Shown here piece after piece: positions 15,985 through 23,252 of a stretch of DNA of 37,775 nucleotides. Below the pieces are notes generated by a model. The model did not search any database. It was not told where the DNA came from and saw only the letters and a program-made list of their open reading frames with translations. Made by a program: the position numbers and the translations under genes. Position 1 is the stretch's first letter, and every line of letters begins with the position of its first letter. Source of the stretch: Escherichia phage vB_EcoP_K; the sequence record NC_047809.1; one strand, written 5' to 3'.

Positions 15985-18420
15985 ATGATTCAAAGACTAG
16001 GTTCTTCATTAGTTAAATTCAAGAGTAAAATAGCAGGTGCAATCTGGCGTAACTTGGATGACAAGCTCACCGAGGTTGTATCGCTTAAAGATTTTGGAGC
16101 CAAAGGTGATGGTAAGACAAACGACCAAGATGCAGTAAATGCAGCGATGGCTTCAGGTAAGAGAATTGACGGTGCTGGTGCTACTTACAAAGTATCATCT
16201 TTACCTGATATGGAGCGATTCTATAACACCCGCTTCGTATGGGAACGTTTAGCAGGTCAACCTCTTTACTATGTGAGTAAAGGTTTTATCAATGGTGAAC
16301 TCTATAAAATCACGGATAACCCTTATTACAATGCTTGGCCTCAAGACAAAGCGTTTGTATATGAGAACGTGATATATGCACCTTACATGGGTAGCGACCG
16401 TCATGGTGTTAGTCGTCTGCATGTATCATGGGTTAAGTCTGGTGACGATGGTCAAACATGGTCTACTCCAGAGTGGTTAACTGATCTGCATCCAGATTAC
16501 CCTACAGTGAACTATCATTGTATGAGTATGGGTGTATGTCGCAACCGTCTGTTTGCCATGATTGAAACACGTACTTTAGCCAAGAACGCACTAACCAATT
16601 GTGCATTGTGGGATCGCCCTATGTCTCGTAGTCTGCATCTTACTGGTGGTATCACTAAGGCTGCAAATCAGAGATATGCAACAATCCATGTACCTGATCA
16701 CGGACTCTTCGTTGGTGATTTTGTTAACTTCTCTAACTCTGCGGTAACAGGTGTATCTGGTGATATGAAGGTTGCAACAGTAATAGATAAGGACAACTTC
16801 ACGGTTCTTACACCTAACCAGCAGACTTCAGATTTGAATAACGCTGGAAAGAGTTGGCACATGGGTACTTCTTTCCATAAATCTCCTTGGCGTAAGACAG
16901 ATCTTGGTCTAATCCCTCGTGTCACAGAGGTGCATAGCTTTGCTACTATTGATAACAATGGCTTTGTTATGGGCTATCATCAAGGTGATGTAGCTCCACG
17001 AGAAGTTGGGCTTTTCTACTTCCCTGATGCTTTCAATAGCCCATCTAATTATGTTCGTCGTCAGATACCATCTGAGTATGAACCAGATGCGGCAGAGCCA
17101 TGCATCAAGTACTATGACGGTGTATTGTACCTTATCACTCGTGGTACTTGTGGCGATCGACTAGGAAGCTCTCTGCATCGTAGTAGAGATATAGGTCAAA
17201 CTTGGGAGTCACTAAGATTTCCACATAATGTTCATCATACTACCTTACCTTTTGCTAAAGTAGGAGATGACCTTATTATGTTTGGTTCAGAACGTGCAGA
17301 AAATGAATGGGAAGCAGGTGCACCAGATGATCGTTACAAGGCATCTTATCCTCGTACCTTCTATGCACGATTGAATGTAAACAAGTGGAATGCAGATGAC
17401 ATTGAATGGGTTAACATCACAGACCAAATCTATCAGGGTGACATTGTGAACTCTAGTGTAGGTGTAGGTTCGGTAGTAGTTAAAGACAGCTACATTTACT
17501 ATATCTTTGGTGGAGAAAACCATTTCAACCCAATGACTTATGGTGACAACAAAGATAAAGACCCATTTAAAGGTCATGGACACCCCACTGATATATACTG
17601 CTATAAGATGCAGATTGCAAATGACAATCGTGTATCTCGTAAGTTTACATATGGTGCAACTCCGGGTCAGGCTATACCTACCTTCATGGGTACTGATGGT
17701 ATTCGTACTATTCCTGCTCCACTTCACTTATCAGGAGAGGTAGTTGCCGCAGATATGACTGTCGAACACCTTACCCTGAAGGCAAGTACAAGTGCTAATA
17801 TTCGCTCAGAGATGCTGATGGAAGGTGAATATGGGTTCATTGGTAAGACTATACCAACGGATAACCCAACTGCCCAACGTGTCATCATCTCTGGTGGAGG
17901 GGGTACAGCAGCAGATACCGGTGCGCAAATTACCTTACATGGAGCAGGTTCTAGTACTTCTAGACGCGCAGTATATAATGCCAATGAGCACTTGTTCCAA
18001 AGCGGGGCTATCATGCCATACAATGATAACGTGTATCCTGCTGGCGGCCCTCGTAATAGATTCACTACTATCCATCTTACAAGTGACCCTATTATTACGT
18101 CTGATGCCACTCATAAGTATGGATCACAAGGTATTGATGAGGGTGTACTAAAGGCATGGGGCAAGGTTGCCTTCAAGCAGTACAAGTTGATTGGAGAGAT
18201 GTCTAGTGGTGTGCATCACACTCACTTTGGTGTATTGGCACAAGACATTGTAGCTGCTTTTGCATCCGAAGGGTTAGATGCAATCGACTTCGGCATTGTC
18301 TCCTTCGAAGAAGGTCAGTTTGGTGTTAGATATAGTGAAATCTTAATCTTGGAGGCTGCTTATACTCGTTATCGTTTAGACAAGTTAGAGGAGATGTATG
18401 CCACTAATAAAACCAGTTAA
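15985..18420 (+). CDS. Endosialidase (endo-N-acetylneuraminidase) tailspike with C-terminal intramolecular chaperone domain, 811 aa
   Basis: AAGGAGG RBS; sialidase Asp-boxes SGDDGQTWS and SRDIGQTWES; C-terminal ..GVHHTHFGVLAQDIV..FGVRYSEILILEAAYTRYRLDKLEE.. typical of the autocleaved chaperone domain of phage endosialidases; 811 aa is the size I recall for the K1E enzyme. Confidence 0.9.
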   Translation: MIQRLGSSLVKFKSKIAGAIWRNLDDKLTEVVSLKDFGAKGDGKTNDQDAVNAAMASGKRIDGAGATYKVSSLPDMERFYNTRFVWERLAGQPLYYVSKGFINGELYKITDNPYYNAWPQDKAFVYENVIYAPYMGSDRHGVSRLHVSWVKSGDDGQTWSTPEWLTDLHPDYPTVNYHCMSMGVCRNRLFAMIETRTLAKNALTNCALWDRPMSRSLHLTGGITKAANQRYATIHVPDHGLFVGDFVNFSNSAVTGVSGDMKVATVIDKDNFTVLTPNQQTSDLNNAGKSWHMGTSFHKSPWRKTDLGLIPRVTEVHSFATIDNNGFVMGYHQGDVAPREVGLFYFPDAFNSPSNYVRRQIPSEYEPDAAEPCIKYYDGVLYLITRGTCGDRLGSSLHRSRDIGQTWESLRFPHNVHHTTLPFAKVGDDLIMFGSERAENEWEAGAPDDRYKASYPRTFYARLNVNKWNADDIEWVNITDQIYQGDIVNSSVGVGSVVVKDSYIYYIFGGENHFNPMTYGDNKDKDPFKGHGHPTDIYCYKMQIANDNRVSRKFTYGATPGQAIPTFMGTDGIRTIPAPLHLSGEVVAADMTVEHLTLKASTSANIRSEMLMEGEYGFIGKTIPTDNPTAQRVIISGGGGTAADTGAQITLHGAGSSTSRRAVYNANEHLFQSGAIMPYNDNVYPAGGPRNRFTTIHLTSDPIITSDATHKYGSQGIDEGVLKAWGKVAFKQYKLIGEMSSGVHHTHFGVLAQDIVAAFASEGLDAIDFGIVSFEEGQFGVRYSEILILEAAYTRYRLDKLEEMYATNKTS

Positions 18421-18553
18421 GCAAGCTGCTGTACTCCAGAACACAGAAGAGCTTATTCAATCAGGACGTGACCCTAAGCAGGCATATGCCATTGCCAAGG
18501 ATGTTCAACGTAGAGTATTGAGTAAGACCTCTGCATCGTCTGCGAAGCAGTAA
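18398..18553 (+). CDS. Possible small ORF (51 aa) overlapping the 3' end of the endosialidase gene
   Basis: ATG with GAGGAG upstream; MPLIKPVKQAAVLQNTEELIQSGRDPKQAYAIAKDVQRRVLSKTSASSAKQ; no homology assessable. Confidence 0.25.
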   Translation: MPLIKPVKQAAVLQNTEELIQSGRDPKQAYAIAKDVQRRVLSKTSASSAKQ

Positions 18554-18613
18554 CACTTAGTCTGCACAAGGGCTGGCTTAGGTTGGCCCTTAGTGCAACC
18601 CAAAGGAGGTTTG

Positions 18614-18769
18614 ATGATTTGGATTCATACTTATGGAGTCGGCCCATTCAAACGTAAGGTACTCAGGAAGATACATGACACTGAAGAGTCTGCACTGGCT
18701 AGCCAGAAGGTTCTTGGTGGAACTGTACAGGCTTACCTGAAGCAACCCAATGGATTCGACTTAGTGTAA
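18614..18769 (+). CDS. Possible small ORF (51 aa)
   Basis: AAAGGAGG RBS 5 nt upstream of ATG; MIWIHTYGVGPFKRKVLRKIHDTEESALASQKVLGGTVQAYLKQPNGFDLV. Confidence 0.35.
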   Translation: MIWIHTYGVGPFKRKVLRKIHDTEESALASQKVLGGTVQAYLKQPNGFDLV

Positions 18770-18829
18770 TCAAATGAGGTAACATGAAAGACCTACTGTT
18801 AGCCCTCTTATGCACAGCATGTATCTATG

Positions 18830-18887
18830 GCCCACACCCTCATGCCCTGTCAAACGCTCAGGAATGGCCCTAAAACGGCCTGTGTAA
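18830..18887. repeat. 58-bp direct repeat, copy 1
   Basis: GCCCACACCCTCATGCCCTGTCAAACGCTCAGGAATGGCCCTAAAACGGCCTGTGTAA; identical copy at 19266-19323. Confidence 0.9.
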
Positions 18888-19025
18888 CAATAGATACAGA
18901 GCTAGGATAGGCTAGATTGGCTAGGTTTAGGGTGTTCCTCCTACTGCATCTTATCACTATTACCTACTCTCAGCGGTCTACCGACCGCGACCTAATTGCA
19001 TCTTATAGCTTTAGCTATGCAATCA

Positions 19026-19160
19026 CTAAGGTCTGGCACTAAGACTAACTAAGGTACACTACTAAGTTGATACTAAGCTAAGCACTAAGGCTTTAACTAA
19101 GGCAACCCACTAAGGCTAACCTAAGCCATCCATCAAGGAATAACCTAAGGTACACGTGAG
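19026..19160. repeat. Array of about 11 degenerate heptamers (A/C)CTAAG(G), genome-terminus-like
   Basis: CACTAAGG, AACTAAGG, TACTAAG.. recur at short irregular spacing; analogous to the CCTAAAG-type repeats of T7 genome ends; four more copies at 19325-19420. Confidence 0.7.
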
Positions 19161-19183
19161 CGAGTGAACGGAGCGCAAGCGGA

Positions 19184-19239
19184 GTGAGGAGCAGTGAGTG
19201 AGGAGCAGTGAGTGAGGAGCAGTGAGTGAGGAGCAGTGA
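19184..19239. repeat. Tandem repeat, 4 x 14 bp (GTGAGGAGCAGTGA) plus partial copies
   Basis: Exact tandem copies visible in GGAGTGAGGAGCAGTGAGTGAGGAGCAGTGAGTGAGGAGCAGTGAGTGAGGAGCAGTGAGTGAAGCG. Confidence 0.9.
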
Positions 19240-19265
19240 GTGAAGCGTAGCGAAACGAACAGATA

Positions 19266-19323
19266 GCCCACACCCTCATGCCCTGTCAAACGCTCAGGAA
19301 TGGCCCTAAAACGGCCTGTGTAA
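19266..19323. repeat. 58-bp direct repeat, copy 2
   Basis: Identical to 18830-18887; copies are 436 bp apart and bracket the heptamer and tandem-repeat region. Confidence 0.9.
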
Positions 19324-19583
19324 GCCCTAAGCGGTTGCACTAAGGCAATCACCTTGTCCAATACTAAGGCGCGCCCTAGCGCTTCCTAGGTGTTCTCCTT
19401 GTGCAGCCACTAAGAGCAGACCTCGGCAAGCCCTAGGCCACCCGTCGAGCTTCCTGCGGCAGCAGGTTGAAGACGGACCAGCCCAGCCCAATTCCCAAGC
19501 CAACCGCAGCGCGTTTAAATAGTCACGGGCAAGAGTGCTACATAGTGCAACGTAAAGTATTAGGCTCAATATGGGTCACGTGT

Positions 19584-19706
19584 ATGATGCCTATTGGCTA
19601 TACTGATACAGAGGCTATCTTCTGCACCGAAAGGGATGCAAAGAAGTTTATCTCTAAGCGTAGAAAAGCTGACTCTTACCAACCCAGAACTATTAAGGTG
19701 AACTAA
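19584..19706 (+). CDS. Short ORF reading into the primase start (open from 19467; start ambiguous), possible 5'-truncated gene remnant
   Basis: Frame open for 79 codons ending TAATG overlap with primase ATG; first in-frame ATG pair at 19584 lacks a clear RBS. Confidence 0.25.
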   Translation: MMPIGYTDTEAIFCTERDAKKFISKRRKADSYQPRTIKVN

Positions 19707-21694
19707 TGGCTATTATTAATAACATCCCGTGCCCTGCCTGCCAGAAGAATGGACACGATAAATCCGGCAATCATCTCATGATATTTGATGATGGTGCTGG
19801 CTATTGTAACCGTGGTCATTTCCACGATAACGGCAAGCCTTACTATCATAAGCCAGATGGTGGCATCGAGATCACCGAGTTGCCTATTACTGGCAATATC
19901 AAATATACACCTTCTCAATTCAAAGAGATGGAGAAGGAAGGGAAGATAAGCGACCCTAAGTTACGCGCCATCGCACTTGGTGGCATGCGTATGAAAGACC
20001 GATGGGAGGTCATGAATGAGCAAGAAAGGGCAGACCAAGAAGCAGAGTGGAAACTTGATGTTGAATGGTTCCTCACGCTTAAGCGTAAGAATCTTGTTTC
20101 CCGACACATTCGCGGCGACATTTGCGCATTGTATGATGTACGTGTCGGACACGATGAAGAGGGTAGAGTCTCACGGCATTACTATCCACGCTTCGAGAAA
20201 GGTGAACTAGTAGGCGCTAAGTGTCGCACATTACCTAAAGACTTTAAGTTTGGTCATTTAGGTAAACTCTTTGGTATGCAAGATCTTTTCGGGATGAATA
20301 CTTTGTCTCACGTGTTAGACAAGGGAAGACGAAAGGATCACTTGCTCATTGTCGGCGGCGAACTGGATGCACTAGCAGCACAGCAAATGCTCCTTGATTC
20401 TGCCAAGGGTACTAAGTGGGAAGGCCAGCCTTACCATGTATGGTCTGTCAATAAAGGTGAGTCTTGCCTTGAAGAGATAGTACAGAACCGTGAACACATC
20501 GCCCAATTTAAGAAGATTATATGGGGTTTTGATGGAGATGAGGTAGGGCAGAAGCAGAATCAGCAAGCGGCTCGCCTGTTTCCTGGCAAATCCTATATCC
20601 TTGAATACCCTTCTGGTTGCAAAGATGCTAACAAGGCATTGATGGCTGGCAAGGCTAAAGAGTTTGTTGATGCTTGGTTTAATGCCAAGTCATCTGATGA
20701 AGTCTTTGGTAGCCATATTAAATCTATCGCATCTCAAAGGGATAAGCTCAAGGCTGCACGTCCAGAGCAAGGGCTATCATGGCCTTGGCCTAAGCTGAAC
20801 AAGGTAACGCTAGGTATTCGTAAGAACCAGCTTATCATTGTAGGTGCAGGCTCTGGTGTAGGTAAGACTGAGTTCCTCCGCGAAGTGGTTAAACATCTTA
20901 TTGAAGAACATGGTGAATCTGTAGGCATCATTTCTACAGAAGACCCGATGGTCAAGGTGTCCCGTGCTTTTATCGGTAAGTGGATTGATAAGCGCATTGA
21001 GTTACCGCCAACCAATGACCCGAAAGAAGACGGATACCGTGAGGTGTTCGACTATACTGAGGAAGAGGCTAATGCCGCCATTGATTATGTAGCTGATACA
21101 GGGAAGCTGTTTGTAGCTGACCTAGAGGGTGACTATTCTATGGAGAAGGTAGAGCAAACTTGCCTAGAGTTTGAGGCTATGGGCATTTCTAATATCATCA
21201 TTGATAACTTAACGGGGATTAAATTAGATGAGCGTGCTTTTGGTGGGAAGGTTGGTGCACTTGATGAATGCGTCAAACGAATTGGTACTATCAAAGATCG
21301 ACATGCGGTTACGATTTTCCTTGTCTCTCACCTTACACGTCCTCCGGCAAACCGTACCCAACACGAAGAAGGTGGCGAAGTTATCCTTTCTGACTTCCGA
21401 GGCTCAGGCGCTATCGGATTCTGGGCATCTTACGCCTTGGGGATTGAGCGTAATACAAGAGCTGAAACGCTTGATGAAAGGACTACCACGTACATCTCAT
21501 GTGTCAAAGACCGCGACCAAGGTATCTACACTGGAACCAAGGTCATGCTTAAGGGTGACATTCAAACCGGACGTTTAATGGAACCACAAGCTCGTACTAA
21601 GTCATTTGATACAGGTGAAGCAAGGCAACAAGAAGTACCTGATTTACCAGACACTATAGAAGGGACTAACTTCGATGAAGAAAGTGAGTTCTGA
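19706..21694 (+). CDS. DNA primase-helicase (T7 gp4-like), 662 aa
   Basis: N-terminal zinc-binding CPACQKNGHD...CNRGHFH; helicase Walker A GAGSGVGKTEF; acidic C-terminus ending ..FDEESEF as in T7 gp4. Confidence 0.9.
   Translation: MAIINNIPCPACQKNGHDKSGNHLMIFDDGAGYCNRGHFHDNGKPYYHKPDGGIEITELPITGNIKYTPSQFKEMEKEGKISDPKLRAIALGGMRMKDRWEVMNEQERADQEAEWKLDVEWFLTLKRKNLVSRHIRGDICALYDVRVGHDEEGRVSRHYYPRFEKGELVGAKCRTLPKDFKFGHLGKLFGMQDLFGMNTLSHVLDKGRRKDHLLIVGGELDALAAQQMLLDSAKGTKWEGQPYHVWSVNKGESCLEEIVQNREHIAQFKKIIWGFDGDEVGQKQNQQAARLFPGKSYILEYPSGCKDANKALMAGKAKEFVDAWFNAKSSDEVFGSHIKSIASQRDKLKAARPEQGLSWPWPKLNKVTLGIRKNQLIIVGAGSGVGKTEFLREVVKHLIEEHGESVGIISTEDPMVKVSRAFIGKWIDKRIELPPTNDPKEDGYREVFDYTEEEANAAIDYVADTGKLFVADLEGDYSMEKVEQTCLEFEAMGISNIIIDNLTGIKLDERAFGGKVGALDECVKRIGTIKDRHAVTIFLVSHLTRPPANRTQHEEGGEVILSDFRGSGAIGFWASYALGIERNTRAETLDERTTTYISCVKDRDQGIYTGTKVMLKGDIQTGRLMEPQARTKSFDTGEARQQEVPDLPDTIEGTNFDEESEF
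21642..21664 (+). promoter_or_regulatory. SP6-class phage RNAP promoter (within 3' end of primase-helicase gene)
   Basis: ATTTACCAGACACTATAGAAGGG; two mismatches to the consensus upstream half; +1 G at 21659. Confidence 0.6.
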
Positions 21695-21710
21695 TTAGTG
21701 TATTTATCGG

Positions 21711-21734
21711 GCTTGTCTCACATGTGAGACAGGC
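21711..21734 (+). promoter_or_regulatory. Conserved palindromic stem-loop, copy 2 (GCTTGTCTCACATGTGAGACAGGC)
   Basis: 17 nt after stop at 21694; same core as 7096, 22888, 27950. Confidence 0.45.
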
Positions 21735-21771
21735 TCTTATTAAGTATATATTAAATAACTGGAGATTGATT

Positions 21772-22455
21772 ATGTATAAATTAGTATTGAATGCAGGTGA
21801 TTATGTTCGTAACATCAATGAAGCCTCACGTCGTTATCGTTGCCGTGGTGTAGTGGATCGTATAAGTGAGAACATGTATCATGTAGAATATGAGGATGGT
21901 ATTAAGGCTTCTTACCACAAGAAAACAGCACATAAATATCTTGAAAAGATTGTAGAGATAAACAATCAATGTAAGTGCATACATGATGAGGTTTGCGATA
22001 AATGTGCTCGCCAGATGCTTAAGAATTTCCTAGCTCCTCTTTATTATGGTGCTGGTCCTCAAACACTAGCAGAGTACATGGCAGAAAAGAAAACCACACT
22101 CAAGAAAGAGCGTCGCAATGTAATCACTGGTAAGACTCAAAGTGAAATGATTAAGCAATGTGGCACTGCATTAGGTGTTACACAGTTCAATACTCGTGCA
22201 TTGGGTAAATCCACAGGGCAAGCTATGGTGAAAATTGGTGAAGCTATGATGCACCCAAATGTGCCTGTGCGAATCTTGGATGTTGACCATGCAATCACAG
22301 AGCATGGCACACCACGGCGTGTAGCTAATAATCATTTCGCCGACACTATAGAAGGTATTATTCGTAAGCAAGGGTTGAAGGGTCTTCACATCTTAAATGG
22401 TGAAGAATTACTGTACCTACCTATCGTTACTGAAGAAACCTACGTGAATATCTAA
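21772..22455 (+). CDS. Hypothetical protein, 227 aa
   Basis: GGAG 7 nt upstream of ATG; coding-like composition; contains Cys/His cluster CKCIHDEVCDKCARQ; no recognisable family. Confidence 0.5.
   Translation: MYKLVLNAGDYVRNINEASRRYRCRGVVDRISENMYHVEYEDGIKASYHKKTAHKYLEKIVEINNQCKCIHDEVCDKCARQMLKNFLAPLYYGAGPQTLAEYMAEKKTTLKKERRNVITGKTQSEMIKQCGTALGVTQFNTRALGKSTGQAMVKIGEAMMHPNVPVRILDVDHAITEHGTPRRVANNHFADTIEGIIRKQGLKGLHILNGEELLYLPIVTEETYVNI
22334..22356 (+). promoter_or_regulatory. SP6-class phage RNAP promoter-like site (within gene 21772-22455)
   Basis: ATTTCGCCGACACTATAGAAGGT; conserved core GACACTATAGAAG, three mismatches upstream. Confidence 0.5.
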
Positions 22456-22485
22456 GGAGTTAATCATGACTAAGGTATTAATTAT

Positions 22486-22683
22486 ATGCGTGGACCTCAT
22501 AAATGCTATGCAGTTGTAGCACCAGATGGTGTCAAGACATATGGTACTTCAAAGGGGTTTGCATTAATAGGTGCCAGTCTTAGTGCAAGTTTTCAGATGG
22601 AACTTTTCGGTCATTGGACTGAAAAAGAGTTCCGTGAGGAGTTTAATGTAATCGGCAGCTTTATGGTGAAACATGCAAAATAA
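22486..22683 (+). CDS. Hypothetical small protein, 65 aa
   Basis: ORF with coding-like composition; weak RBS; a 17-codon ORF with a strong RBS (AAGGAG, ATG 22467) lies just upstream. Confidence 0.35.
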   Translation: MRGPHKCYAVVAPDGVKTYGTSKGFALIGASLSASFQMELFGHWTEKEFREEFNVIGSFMVKHAK

Positions 22684-22882
22684 ACACAGTCTTAAGATGT
22701 TTGATGGTCACGAAGACCTGCAAGCACAAATTACTAACCAAGCCTTCCTGTTTGCACAGTTAACTATGGCTGAAGCAAAGAAGAATAGCCTGACGCGCGA
22801 GCAAGTTATCAAAGAGGCAACTTGGGAGCCACACCAAGGCAAATACATGGGCCAGAAATTAACTGTAACACGCAGTCGATAA
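22673..22882 (+). CDS. Hypothetical small protein, 69 aa
   Basis: ORF overlapping the previous stop; followed directly by palindromic stem-loop copy 3. Confidence 0.35.
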   Translation: MQNKHSLKMFDGHEDLQAQITNQAFLFAQLTMAEAKKNSLTREQVIKEATWEPHQGKYMGQKLTVTRSR

Positions 22883-22887
22883 GTAAA

Positions 22888-22915
22888 GGGTTGTCTCACA
22901 CGTGAGACAGCCTTT
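22888..22915 (+). promoter_or_regulatory. Conserved palindromic stem-loop, copy 3 (GGGTTGTCTCACACGTGAGACAGCC) followed by TTT
   Basis: 6 nt after stop at 22882; stem extends to about 11 bp. Confidence 0.45.
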
Positions 22916-23033
22916 CATCATATTGATTGGAGGTGCATTATGCCACGTGATTATGATTCTGATTGGGATTTCCAAGATTCAATGAACTCAAAACCTGAAC
23001 GTTCAGATGACTACTACGAAACAGAGGCAATGT

Positions 23034-23252
23034 ATGAAAGCTATTAAAGTCAGTAAGGTTTGCTCTTGCGGTAAAGGTTATCGCAGTCGTATTGATGGTA
23101 AGTGTGGGCATTGCAGGTCTAAGAAAGAGGCTGCTTTGTTTGATAAGTACCACAATGAATTAGCATATAACTATCCTCATCTAACACCTAATTCTTTATT
23201 AGGACTTGGTTATAGGGTTAAATACTTTGGAGCAATCTATGAAATCAATTGA
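23034..23252 (+). CDS. Small zinc-ribbon-like protein, 72 aa
   Basis: CSCGKGY...CGHCRSKK (CxC..CxxC); GAGG upstream; overlaps DNAP start by 14 nt. Confidence 0.4.
   Translation: MKAIKVSKVCSCGKGYRSRIDGKCGHCRSKKEAALFDKYHNELAYNYPHLTPNSLLGLGYRVKYFGAIYEIN

Noticed and set aside
18784-18873. 29-codon ORF MKDLLLALLCTACIYGPHPHALSNAQEWP overlapping the first 58-bp repeat
   Set aside because: Very short, half of it is repeat sequence that recurs at 19266 without an ORF context; likely non-coding terminus DNA
19184-19239. Tandem 14-bp repeats considered as a possible CRISPR array
   Set aside because: Units are contiguous with no spacers and far shorter than CRISPR repeats; fits a terminal-region tandem repeat instead
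19368-19375. AscI octamer GGCGCGCC and nearby CCTAGG sites as evidence of cloning or engineering at the junction
   Set aside because: A single 8-mer can occur by chance in a GC-rich stretch, and CTAGG is part of the native heptamer repeat family; insufficient to claim a synthetic scar
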